Virus record (IMG/VR): IMGVR_UViG_3300020258_000009
Location: 1-44,726 of that record
Origin: a virus
Lineage: Duplodnaviria > Caudoviricetes
Reading direction: 5' to 3' (one strand)
Length of the DNA: 44,726 nucleotides
This document shows positions 36,255 through 44,402 of this stretch, one piece after another. A model generated the notes under the pieces. That model was not told the DNA's origin. It searched no databases and was given only the letters and a program-made list of their open reading frames with translations. The number at the start of each line of letters is the position of its first letter. Position 1 is the first letter of the stretch. A program made the translations under genes and the position numbers.

Positions 36255-37502
36255 ATGCTCACCCTTCGTCCTCACCAGCAGCGTGCTCTTGCTGCTCTTG
36301 AGAACAATGCTTATGGTCAGGTTATCATCCCCACGGGTGGTGGCAAGACTCTTGTCATGATCAAGGATGCTCAGCGTCGTCTGACTGCTGCTACCATGCC
36401 ACAGACTATTGTAGTGGTCGCCCCACGTATTCTGCTGGCAAACCAACTCTGTGATGAGTTCTGGTCTGCTTTCAACGGTGATGTCGATGCTGAGTTCTTC
36501 CACGTTCATAGTGGTGAGACTTCCTTCGGCAGCAGCACCAAGGTTCAGAAGATCCAGTGTCACGATGCTGTCTGTAAGACTGCTGGTCTCCACCAAGTTA
36601 TCTTCACCACTTACAATTCGCTCCGTCGTATTGTAGAAGCAGGTATTGACATTGACTGTATCTATTACGATGAGGCACACAACTCTGTCCGTCGTGACTT
36701 CTTTGAGTCTGTGCTCAATGTTGATGCTAAGTCCTACTATTTCTTCACTGCCACACCTAAGCACACTCGTTCTGCTCTTGGTCGTGGCATGAACAACAGC
36801 ATGGTTTACGGTCCTGTTCTTGAGTCTGTCCCTGCTCCTGAACTTGTCAACAACGGCAGCATTCTTGCTCCTGAGGTTGTCTCTTACGAGGTTGACTTCG
36901 AGCGAGTCAAGGGTAAGTTCTCCTATGAGTCTGACAAGGACACACTCACCAATCTCATCAATGATATTGATGCTGATGGTAACAAGATCCTGGTCGCTGC
37001 TCCTACCAGTCAGATCATGTTCAACCTGCTCACTAAGACTAGTGTGCTTGAGTTCTTTCATGACAAAGGTTATGATGTGCTCCACATCACCAGCAAGTTT
37101 GGTGCTTTTGTGAACAAGACTAAGGTCAACCGTGAGCAGTTCTTCGAGACATTCAATGCTTGGGGCAAAGATCCTAACCGTAAGTTTGTGATCTTCCACT
37201 ACAGCATCCTGTCTGAAGGTATCAACGTCCACGGTCTAACACACTGTGTGTTCCTCCGTCAACTGGATGTCATTCAAATGGCACAGACTGTCGGTCGTGT
37301 TATCCGTCTTAACAAAGACGACGCTGCTGACATTGCTTGTGGTAAGATTATCCCAGGCAAGTTCGACATGTATCGTAAGTCCACAGGCAAGGTCATTGTC
37401 CCTGTCTTCAAGAACTACGGTGCTCCCACTATCAAACGCCTTCAAAACCTTGTCGATACTATCTTCGTCAAGGGTCTCCCCGCTGTCTCCGTCACTGTCT
37501 AA
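36255..37502 (+). CDS. Superfamily 2 (DExH) helicase, type III restriction Res-like
   Basis: Q-motif LRPHQ, Walker A PTGGGKT, DEAH, TAT, LSEGI and Q.VGRVIR. Confidence 0.9.
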   Translation: MLTLRPHQQRALAALENNAYGQVIIPTGGGKTLVMIKDAQRRLTAATMPQTIVVVAPRILLANQLCDEFWSAFNGDVDAEFFHVHSGETSFGSSTKVQKIQCHDAVCKTAGLHQVIFTTYNSLRRIVEAGIDIDCIYYDEAHNSVRRDFFESVLNVDAKSYYFFTATPKHTRSALGRGMNNSMVYGPVLESVPAPELVNNGSILAPEVVSYEVDFERVKGKFSYESDKDTLTNLINDIDADGNKILVAAPTSQIMFNLLTKTSVLEFFHDKGYDVLHITSKFGAFVNKTKVNREQFFETFNAWGKDPNRKFVIFHYSILSEGINVHGLTHCVFLRQLDVIQMAQTVGRVIRLNKDDAADIACGKIIPGKFDMYRKSTGKVIVPVFKNYGAPTIKRLQNLVDTIFVKGLPAVSVTV

Positions 37503-38497
37503 TGGAAAATCAAACACGTGTCATCGGTAATCAGATCCTTGACTGGCAACAGTGCCAGGGTCTGATCAACAACAAACGAAACCTGCTTATGGGTCGTCAG
37601 GTAGTACGTGATGCTGTCATGGTTCGTGACGTATCATGGGAAGAAGCAGAGCAATACTACAACAATCTCTCCACACCCGATCGTGCCATGGTACGTAAGT
37701 CAGGGCAGCAAGGTATCTGTGGAGAGGGTGAGAACACACTGGGTTGGTATGATCCAGAGACTGATAGTCTCACCAAGAATCCTACTCATGGTCGTGGTGT
37801 TCTGATCTGTCAGTTGTATCTCAACCAAGGTGGACGCTGTGCCTACACACAAACTGGTCCTTACAACATTCTGGACTTTCAGGTAGAGCACATCATCGCT
37901 AATGGTGGAGATCATCCTGACAACTGGTTCCTGGTTGTGTACAACGTCAACGAGAATCGTAAGCAGTCTCGTATGACTGCCTTCATCAATCGTTGGGAGA
38001 AACGTGCTGCTAACGGTCAGGAAGAGTTCGAGAAATGGTACAATGACCTGAAGAAAGCAGCAGATCGTGGTCAACGTGCCAAGGTTACCATTCTTTCTAT
38101 GGATGAGGATGATCTACGTGACTACCTTGACATCTGTCCTGTCAAGTATGAGAAGTATATGTGGAGAAACATTGGCATGTCATCTCTACAACCATTCCGA
38201 TTGACAAAGGCAGGTGTAGCACGTCCTGGTGGTAGTCAGGGTAACTACAAAGAGGTTCTTAACACTGTACTCAATGAGTATCTGCTTGGTGACAAAGAAC
38301 TGGCACGTCAGATCTATCGTACTGTACGTATTGGTGCCCACAAGTATGTCAATGGTGAGATCAACAATGACTCATATGTAAACATTATGTGTGAGATGAT
38401 TGAGTTGTCAAATCATGTGGCAGTGAAGTATGATAGAGAAAAGTTTACCGCTAAAGTCCTCCGTAACACCTATTCATGGCCAAACCTCAAAGAGTAA
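37502..38497 (+). CDS. HNH endonuclease-domain protein
   Basis: LYLNQGGRCAYT...FQVEHII..GG.....NW.LV...VN..RK matches the HNH beta-beta-alpha-metal pattern. Confidence 0.7.
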   Translation: MENQTRVIGNQILDWQQCQGLINNKRNLLMGRQVVRDAVMVRDVSWEEAEQYYNNLSTPDRAMVRKSGQQGICGEGENTLGWYDPETDSLTKNPTHGRGVLICQLYLNQGGRCAYTQTGPYNILDFQVEHIIANGGDHPDNWFLVVYNVNENRKQSRMTAFINRWEKRAANGQEEFEKWYNDLKKAADRGQRAKVTILSMDEDDLRDYLDICPVKYEKYMWRNIGMSSLQPFRLTKAGVARPGGSQGNYKEVLNTVLNEYLLGDKELARQIYRTVRIGAHKYVNGEINNDSYVNIMCEMIELSNHVAVKYDREKFTAKVLRNTYSWPNLKE

Positions 38498-39318
38498 CCA
38501 ATCATTCTCTCTACCGCTATGCTGGCGGTAAGAATAGGATGAAGAAGGATCTTATCAAGATTATTCGTGATGTCAACCCAGGCATCGAATACCTTGTGTC
38601 TCCCTTCTGGGGTGGTGGCAGCACTGAAATGCTGATCGCCAGTGAGGGTGTCAAGGTCCAAGGTTATGATGTCTTCCAACCCCTGGCAGACTTCTGGGAG
38701 ATTGTAGTGGGTGAGGGTGGCGCTGCCATCCTTGCTGACATGGCAGAGAAGCACCATCCACTAATTGACAGTGATCACTACAAAACATTCCTCCCAGGGT
38801 TAGATAGTGAGGATAAGTGGGAGCGAGCACTGTCATTTTACATTGCAATCAAGGGTTCGTACTCAGGTAAGATCGGATGTTCTACTGTCCGTAGTAGAGC
38901 AGAGTTCAGATTGGTGGGCATTGATAAACTTAGGAATTTTCATGCTCCCAACGTGGCGTTTGCCCATGGTAGTTGCTTCGAGACCATCCCACTACATGAA
39001 AATGACTTTATGTACCTGGACCCACCATATTATGAGACTGTGAGTCACTACTATGGTAAAGATGGTGCTCTACACAAATCATTTGACCATGAACTATTCT
39101 GTGAGACACTGAAGCAACACAAGGGTGGGTTTGTGATGTCCTATGACAACAGTGATGCTGTTCGTGCTCTGTATGAGGGGTGGACTGAGTTTAGATATCT
39201 CACATTCCCATATCAAATGTCAGGCACCAAGCGTTACGAAAAGACAGAACTAGTTATTGTTAAATACCCTGAGAAGGTGAAACCAAAGGTAGGAGCACTG
39301 GAGGCATTCTTAGCATGA
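38476..39318 (+). CDS. dam: DNA adenine methyltransferase (Dam/D12 class)
   Basis: RYAGGK, PFWGGGS (motif I), YLDPPYY (motif IV), FDHE, FVMSYD and ELVI. The target sequence cannot be determined by eye. Confidence 0.85.
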   Translation: MAKPQRVTNHSLYRYAGGKNRMKKDLIKIIRDVNPGIEYLVSPFWGGGSTEMLIASEGVKVQGYDVFQPLADFWEIVVGEGGAAILADMAEKHHPLIDSDHYKTFLPGLDSEDKWERALSFYIAIKGSYSGKIGCSTVRSRAEFRLVGIDKLRNFHAPNVAFAHGSCFETIPLHENDFMYLDPPYYETVSHYYGKDGALHKSFDHELFCETLKQHKGGFVMSYDNSDAVRALYEGWTEFRYLTFPYQMSGTKRYEKTELVIVKYPEKVKPKVGALEAFLA

Positions 39319-39965
39319 ACGTAACCAAGCACACCAAATATGTGTGGGAACTGGAGAACTTCATCCCAGACAAAGAAATAGATTACTTTCTTGGTATGTT
39401 TGATTTCTATAATCCAAACTTACAAGAAGATTTTAGAACTGAAGAAAGATATAATGACACATATGATGGCACAGAGCATCCTGAGTTAGATAATCTAGCA
39501 TGGAAGTGGGTCAACGCTGCCAACAAATACTACGTCACCAACAATCAGTTTATCTACTACAACTGGAATAAAGCACCACTATTTCCTACAGATAGTAACA
39601 GTGATGGTGTAGTATGGCGTGGCAGAAATATAATTAGGATGTATAATGATACTGATTTCTACAATTGGCACAGTGATCACTCACAAGGAGATCATGCTGA
39701 GTTTTCTTATATCATCTATCTAAATGATGACTTTGATGGTGGAGAGACTAGGTTTATGAATGATAAACTAACAGTCTTACCAAAGAAAGGCACAGTGTTA
39801 TGTTTTCCTGTGGACCACTATCATATCCATAAGGGTATGAAAGTAACAGGACATAAGAAGATTCTGTGGAACTGTGTTTATCGTCATGAGATCCAAGTTG
39901 TTGGTAATCAACCATATCTGACAGCAACGAACGCTCCACGAACTTCTAAAAGGTGTATATGGTAA
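39315..39965 (+). CDS. 2OG-Fe(II) oxygenase superfamily protein
   Basis: WHSD, IIYLNDDFDGGET.F, PKKG..L.FP and H.G..V.G.K. Confidence 0.88.
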   Translation: MNVTKHTKYVWELENFIPDKEIDYFLGMFDFYNPNLQEDFRTEERYNDTYDGTEHPELDNLAWKWVNAANKYYVTNNQFIYYNWNKAPLFPTDSNSDGVVWRGRNIIRMYNDTDFYNWHSDHSQGDHAEFSYIIYLNDDFDGGETRFMNDKLTVLPKKGTVLCFPVDHYHIHKGMKVTGHKKILWNCVYRHEIQVVGNQPYLTATNAPRTSKRCIW

Positions 39966-40201
39966 AATCTTACTATCTCACGCTGTTCTCAGTAGCAGCA
40001 GTCATCGTAGTGTTGATGGCAATGGACCCAAACGTTGCCACATATATTGATCTACAGGTACAGAATGCTGTCGTACAACTGAAGCGACGATACTACATCA
40101 TTACGATGGGTACAGTCGTTAAGTTTCAGACATGGAAGATGAAGCGTGAGATGAGGAAGATTAGAAAACAATACGGGTTGCCTGATGATGAATCTACTTG
40201 A
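39959..40201 (+). CDS. Small membrane-anchored hypothetical protein
   Basis: Hydrophobic N-terminus (YLTLFSVAAVIVVLMAM) and basic C-terminus. Overlaps its neighbours. Confidence 0.65.
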   Translation: MVKSYYLTLFSVAAVIVVLMAMDPNVATYIDLQVQNAVVQLKRRYYIITMGTVVKFQTWKMKREMRKIRKQYGLPDDEST

Positions 40202-40727
40202 CTATGTACTGATTGATAATGTATACACACCAGAAGAGTGTCAACAGTATATTAATAAACTAGATAAGAACCACTGGAGTCAGCACCGATGGTATGAACC
40301 AGGAGAGGACAAGTTTCACAACGTCAAAGACTTTGATGTCACATATGATGGTGAAGTTCAAGAGTTGATGAAACCAAAGGTGATGACACTGGTTGACAAA
40401 TATTATAATACTATCAATCCCTTCGGTGATCGTAAGGTGAACTTCTCTGGTGTACGATTTAACAAGTATGAAGAGGGTGAGAGTATCCACAAGCATGTAG
40501 ATCACATTCGTAGTCTATTTGATGGCAAGAAGAAAGGTATTCCAATCCTTAGTTATGTTGGTGTATTCAATGATGACTACGAGGGTGGTGACTTCATGCT
40601 ATGTGGTGAGAAAATGGAATTGAAACAGGGTGATGTAATTATATTTCCCTCTGTGTTCATGTATCCACATGAGGTGACCAGTGTTAAGAAAGGCACACGA
40701 TACTCATGGGTCTTGTGGTCTTGGTGA
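40185..40727 (+). CDS. 2OG-Fe(II) oxygenase (prolyl-4-hydroxylase-like)
   Basis: HVD, NDDYEGGDF, FPS.FMYPHEV..V.KGTRYS. Confidence 0.9.
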   Translation: MMNLLDYVLIDNVYTPEECQQYINKLDKNHWSQHRWYEPGEDKFHNVKDFDVTYDGEVQELMKPKVMTLVDKYYNTINPFGDRKVNFSGVRFNKYEEGESIHKHVDHIRSLFDGKKKGIPILSYVGVFNDDYEGGDFMLCGEKMELKQGDVIIFPSVFMYPHEVTSVKKGTRYSWVLWSW

Positions 40728-40763
40728 TTAGATATGGTACACTACAAGAGTTCGGAGATTAAA

Positions 40764-41000
40764 ATGACTGAAGACTGGCAAGCAGAGTATGCTAAGCAAC
40801 GTAGAGACAGGATGCAAGATGCCATCGATGATTATCTCCAAGATGAAGATGTAACAGCACGGCGAGCATACGAAGAGATGCTGTGTTGTGTCCATGATGT
40901 CATCAAATATCATAAAAACAACCTTAAGAAAGCTGAAGATTTGAGGGATCTGATGTTAGGATATCGGAACATTGACCTAAATCTTCCAGAGAGGTACTAA
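40764..41000 (+). CDS. Small hypothetical protein (similar to ORF 7535)
   Basis: GGAG precedes ATG 40764; an alternative start exists at 40734. Confidence 0.7.
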   Translation: MTEDWQAEYAKQRRDRMQDAIDDYLQDEDVTARRAYEEMLCCVHDVIKYHKNNLKKAEDLRDLMLGYRNIDLNLPERY

Positions 41001-41004
41001 ACTT

Positions 41005-41205
41005 ATGTTTGATTTCGAGTCCCTGCCCGATGGTATGAAGGAAGCACTAGCTGAAGATTGTGAAGACTATCTCAATCACCGACACATTCCGCTCCATTCA
41101 CACTCGTATGATAAGATAATTATCCAGGCTCTCCGTGAAGGATATCAAATGTCTGGATTTGACCGAGGACCCTACTCACCACTGAAAAATGCCCCGATCG
41201 ATTGA
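41005..41205 (+). CDS. Small hypothetical protein
   Basis: 66-aa ORF with operon packing. Confidence 0.7.
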   Translation: MFDFESLPDGMKEALAEDCEDYLNHRHIPLHSHSYDKIIIQALREGYQMSGFDRGPYSPLKNAPID

Positions 41206-41368
41206 CCTTACACTCGACGAAAACGAACTGAAATTCCTCATCAATTTGATGTGGTCCACTGACTCATACAAATCCAAGAGTATGGCAGAGCGTCTCAACA
41301 TTGTAGACGAGGCGCTCGAAGGACGATTGGTGAAGTGTCTAGGGTATTGTGCCCTACAGGATGACTGA
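41189..41368 (+). CDS. Small hypothetical protein (59 aa, not in the ORF track)
   Basis: MPRSIDLTLDENELKFLINLMW...CALQDD*. Fills the gap and overlaps the previous gene end. Confidence 0.55.
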   Translation: MPRSIDLTLDENELKFLINLMWSTDSYKSKSMAERLNIVDEALEGRLVKCLGYCALQDD

Positions 41369-41413
41369 TCTGCTAGAGTGTAAATTGTTAAGCAAAGACA
41401 AAACCAAAAAACT

Positions 41414-41435
41414 AACTATACTAAGTAGTATAGTT
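41414..41435. promoter_or_regulatory. Perfect inverted repeat containing TATACT on both strands
   Basis: AACTATACTA-AG-TAGTATAGTT, intergenic. Confidence 0.55.
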
Positions 41436-41452
41436 GTATTTCACAGCACACA

Positions 41453-41596
41453 ATGACTGAAATCGAACAATCCATGGTTGATGAAATGAAAGATCTCATC
41501 AAGGATCAAAACGAAAAGATTCGTGAACAAGATGAGTACATTAAAGAGTTACAACAAGAGATGGCAGACATGGAGAATAAAGAGTACGATTGCTGA
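41453..41596 (+). CDS. Small acidic coiled-coil protein (47 aa, not in the ORF track)
   Basis: MTEIEQSMVDEMKDLIKDQNEKIREQDEYIKELQQEMADMENKEYDC*, with heptad periodicity. Confidence 0.65.
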   Translation: MTEIEQSMVDEMKDLIKDQNEKIREQDEYIKELQQEMADMENKEYDC

Positions 41597-41668
41597 TGAA
41601 CACCCTATTTGAGTTTTATTATGGTTGCTCCGATGCCTGGACAAGTTCAACACACCGAGGAGATAGAA

Positions 41669-41866
41669 ATGTATCCCGTAGGCACGGAAGTAATCTACAA
41701 AGGACAGCGAGGCACAGTTAGTTTCTGTGACCCAGCATCAGGTACGTGTAGTATCTGTGTTAGAGTATTTGAGGACGATCCAGCACGTAATGTGTGCTTG
41801 GTAGTCTATAAGCATGACCTGGATCATGTGACCCCTGTAATTGGCAACCACTCCCGAGGTAATTGA
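41669..41866 (+). CDS. Small hypothetical protein (possible small beta-barrel)
   Basis: SD GAGGAG before ATG 41669. Sequence begins MYPVGTEVIYKGQRGTVSF. Confidence 0.65.
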   Translation: MYPVGTEVIYKGQRGTVSFCDPASGTCSICVRVFEDDPARNVCLVVYKHDLDHVTPVIGNHSRGN

Positions 41867-42021
41867 TGAAGTACGCTGTCGTGTACATGAAACCCAAAAA
41901 GAAGAAACTTGTTATGGAACAAGCAGTATTCTACAATCTAGATGATGCTGCCATGTGGGAGCAACATATTAACAAGACCCAACACCTCAAGACTGAAATC
42001 ATCCCTGTATTTGAATCATGA
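41866..42021 (+). CDS. Small hypothetical protein (51 aa, not in the ORF track)
   Basis: MKYAVVYMKPKKKKLVMEQAVFYNLDDAAMWEQH...; stop/start overlaps on both sides. Confidence 0.7.
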   Translation: MKYAVVYMKPKKKKLVMEQAVFYNLDDAAMWEQHINKTQHLKTEIIPVFES

Positions 42022-42149
42022 ACAACGAATTTGAAGGCGACATCTTTGGCGATTATGAACTCCGTGAGAGTATTATTCGTGAAATGAGTGAACAAGAATT
42101 GTGGGAGACGCCTGAGACCCTACCAGAAGACCTTCTAGCAGACTTCTGA
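42018..42149 (+). CDS. Small acidic protein (43 aa, not in the ORF track)
   Basis: ATGA overlap. MNNEFEGDIFGDYELRESIIREMSEQELWETPETLPEDLLADF*. Confidence 0.6.
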   Translation: MNNEFEGDIFGDYELRESIIREMSEQELWETPETLPEDLLADF

Positions 42150-42164
42150 GTCAACCACCATAAT

Positions 42165-42209
42165 AACTGTCACATGACCCCTCAGGACGCCCTCCTGGGG
42201 GGTTATACT
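42165..42209 (+). promoter_or_regulatory. Early-type promoter: AACTGTCACA box, GC hairpin and TATACT
   Basis: Box 42165-42174, hairpin CCCCTCAGGA/TCCTGGGGGG, -10 TATACT at 42204-42209. Confidence 0.65.
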
Positions 42210-42233
42210 ATTTACATACCAAACGAGGCAACC

Positions 42234-42473
42234 ATGAGACTGCTCACTTCCGCCACCCAGGTTGACTACTATCCTGTCACTCCTGCTGGCAAACGCTTCG
42301 TCCGCCGTGTCACCTGGCATCCTGGTGCTGAGAGTGAGATGACCACATTCTCCACCATTGTCAAGACTGACATGCTGTATGATGCTAACCAGCACATTGC
42401 TAATGGTGCTGAGGTTATTGACTTCAACATTCATTGCTACGCTGGTAACGACTACACTCCTATGGGCTGCTGA
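42234..42473 (+). CDS. Small hypothetical early protein
   Basis: GAGG before ATG 42234. Downstream of a promoter, with host-like codon usage. Confidence 0.7.
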   Translation: MRLLTSATQVDYYPVTPAGKRFVRRVTWHPGAESEMTTFSTIVKTDMLYDANQHIANGAEVIDFNIHCYAGNDYTPMGC

Positions 42474-42475
42474 TT

Positions 42476-42625
42476 ATGTTTACTAAAGAAGATCACGAAT
42501 TCATTGACATGCTGTTCAGCAAACTTACGTGTCTCAAGACCATGGATGTTGACATGATCGACCTCCATGATGACGACGCTGCTGGTGCTGACGCTATTGA
42601 GTGGACACAGCTAGAACTGTCATGA
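42476..42625 (+). CDS. Small acidic protein (49 aa, not in the ORF track)
   Basis: MFTKEDHEFIDMLFSKL...AIEWTQLELS*. Starts 2 nt after the previous stop. Confidence 0.6.
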   Translation: MFTKEDHEFIDMLFSKLTCLKTMDVDMIDLHDDDAAGADAIEWTQLELS

Positions 42626-42660
42626 TCTCCCTCCCTAACCCCACCAAGATCTTTTATACT
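42615..42660 (+). promoter_or_regulatory. Early-type promoter: AACTGTCA box plus TATACT
   Basis: Box at 42615, TATACT at 42655-42660, 21 nt before ATG 42682. Confidence 0.55.
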
Positions 42661-42681
42661 GAACACAGTTCAGACAACGAC

Positions 42682-43071
42682 ATGACCACCGCTTCCTTCG
42701 CTGACTACGTGGCAACTCAAGACGCTCGTAACGAGATCCAACTCAACGTCCGTAAGTACACACTGATGCTGTGTGACGCTCTCGTGGACAACTTCAAGGG
42801 TCGTAACCGTGGGATGCTCGCTGGTCGTCCCGCTCCTGTCTACAAGTTCTACATCGAGTCTGGTCGTAAGTACCACAAGATCATCATGGAGACCGACAGT
42901 GGTTCCCGTAGTGTCCACGCTTTCGTGGACATGAAGACTGGTGAACTGTACAAGGCAGCGTCATTCAAAGCACCTGCTAAGGATGCTCGCTTCAACCTGC
43001 TCCTGATCAAGGATCGTGAGTGGTTGCTGGAGAATGCTGACTGGGCAGGTGGTTACCTCTACAAGCGTTGA
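42682..43071 (+). CDS. Conserved phage hypothetical protein
   Basis: GRKYHKI......SVHAFVD.KTG..YKAAS.KAPAK..R.NL...ADWAGGYLY is a recurrent marine-phage early ORF type. Confidence 0.8.
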   Translation: MTTASFADYVATQDARNEIQLNVRKYTLMLCDALVDNFKGRNRGMLAGRPAPVYKFYIESGRKYHKIIMETDSGSRSVHAFVDMKTGELYKAASFKAPAKDARFNLLLIKDREWLLENADWAGGYLYKR

Positions 43072-43073
43072 GC

Positions 43074-43102
43074 TTGACAGCAGACACCTCGTCTGCTAAA
43101 TT
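43074..43102 (+). promoter_or_regulatory. Sigma70-type promoter with a hairpin spacer
   Basis: TTGACA, then 17 nt (GCAGAC-ACCTC-GTCTGC), then TAAATT with an upstream TG. Confidence 0.6.
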
Positions 43103-43131
43103 ATATTAGTACACACTCTTCTTTCAAAGCA

Positions 43132-43353
43132 ATGGACACCGAACTGATGTATGTTGTCGTCAATGGTGAAGCCATCATGATGGAACATGGTCAACTTGTT
43201 ACGTACCTCGTTGATGAAGACGATGGTACTATTGACTGGACTAGTCAAGATACAGTAGATTGGGAAGATATGCTGCCCAATGAGTACAAAATGTACAAAG
43301 CTGCTGTTGACTTCATCCAGACGTACACCTTTGACAATGTTTACACCAAATGA
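43132..43353 (+). CDS. Small acidic hypothetical protein
   Basis: 73-aa ORF after the promoter, with an ATGA overlap into the next gene. Confidence 0.7.
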   Translation: MDTELMYVVVNGEAIMMEHGQLVTYLVDEDDGTIDWTSQDTVDWEDMLPNEYKMYKAAVDFIQTYTFDNVYTK

Positions 43354-43577
43354 AAAAGTACAACTACATCTCAGATCTATTTGCTCCGATTGATTATGAG
43401 TCCACTCCAGTACGAATTACACCACGTGCTGACCTTGATGAAGATTTGGTACGAAAGTTCTGGCGCTACCATGGACGCTTTCCAAATGACTTCGCCCGTG
43501 CTATTGTAGAGATCCTGCCAGAGGGTAAGACCTTTGTCAGTTATGATCACCTTGCTAACTCTCTTGTAATCAAATGA
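43350..43577 (+). CDS. Small hypothetical protein
   Basis: 75 aa, with ATGA overlaps on both sides. Confidence 0.7.
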   Translation: MKKYNYISDLFAPIDYESTPVRITPRADLDEDLVRKFWRYHGRFPNDFARAIVEILPEGKTFVSYDHLANSLVIK

Positions 43578-43789
43578 ACCCACTTCAACAAGAACATCAG
43601 TCAGTCTCACGCCAGGTTGACACCATCATGACAAATCGTAATCGCCGCTTCAAGTGGTTGATGAAGAAAGATCGTGTTGATGACGCTATCGCTGTTGGTG
43701 AAGAGTTCATGGAGTGGATGATGCTTGACCAAGATGATTGTGATGAGGAGATCCTGTATTTCCGTATCGATGACCTTCAGCAAGTATGA
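43574..43789 (+). CDS. Small hypothetical protein
   Basis: 71 aa, with ATGA overlaps on both sides. Confidence 0.7.
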   Translation: MNPLQQEHQSVSRQVDTIMTNRNRRFKWLMKKDRVDDAIAVGEEFMEWMMLDQDDCDEEILYFRIDDLQQV

Positions 43790-44400
43790 AGAGGCATCAG
43801 ACTATCATTGATCCACAATCGTGGTCAGTGTATGATACACAACTCCCTGGTGAGTTGTGTGATGCTATCATAGATCACTTTGCTGATCTTCCTGTACAAG
43901 CAGGCACAGCAAATGCTCATAAAGGACATCGTAGGTGTGGGATTACGTGGACCAGTCCAGACACCTGGATTGGTCCATTTCTGTGGAAATATATACAACA
44001 GACCAATGATCGTGTGTTTCAGTATGATATTACTGACACACATATGACTGAGATACACCAAATTGAGTATCGCCCTGGTCATTACTATCATTGGCATGTT
44101 GATGACAATATTAGTAACCACATACAGTATGCTCCGCCACCATTTAATGTGGCGAGGCAAGACATCACGGAGTATGTACGGAAACTATCATTCTCACTAC
44201 AGTTAACTGATCCTAGTGAGTATACTGGTGGTGATGTACAAATTCTTGATGATGTAGGTGGCAGAGGCATGTTCGCTATTCCCAAGGAACGTGGCACTCT
44301 TTGTATATTTGACTCTAGAACAAGACATAGAGTTAAACCAGTCAAGACAGGCAAACGATTTGTGTTGGTTGGTTGGGTATTAGGACCACGTTGGAAGTAA
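43786..44400 (+). CDS. 2OG-Fe(II) oxygenase (PKHD-type hydroxylase-like)
   Basis: Y.WHVD, RKLSFSLQL.DP.EY.GG, FDSR..HRVKPV..G.R..LVGW..GP.WK. Confidence 0.9.
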   Translation: MKRHQTIIDPQSWSVYDTQLPGELCDAIIDHFADLPVQAGTANAHKGHRRCGITWTSPDTWIGPFLWKYIQQTNDRVFQYDITDTHMTEIHQIEYRPGHYYHWHVDDNISNHIQYAPPPFNVARQDITEYVRKLSFSLQLTDPSEYTGGDVQILDDVGGRGMFAIPKERGTLCIFDSRTRHRVKPVKTGKRFVLVGWVLGPRWK

Positions 44401-44402
44401 CT

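Noticed and set aside
36240-37232. 330-aa minus-strand ORF
   Set aside because: An antisense shadow of the helicase, explained by codon bias. It has no recognisable motifs.
37502-38497. HNH ORF as Cas9/IscB or an intron-encoded nuclease
   Set aside because: No RuvC motifs or guide-like RNA are evident, and the flanking genes are intact rather than interrupted.
41596-41668. Possible frameshift joining ATG 41596 to the 41609 frame
   Set aside because: ATG 41669 has a strong GAGGAG SD, so no frameshift is needed. Cannot be tested without reads or homologues.
42607-42625. C-terminal QLELS as a beta-clamp-binding motif
   Set aside because: It lacks the terminal aromatic residue of QL(S/D)LF and overlaps the promoter box, which may constrain the sequence.
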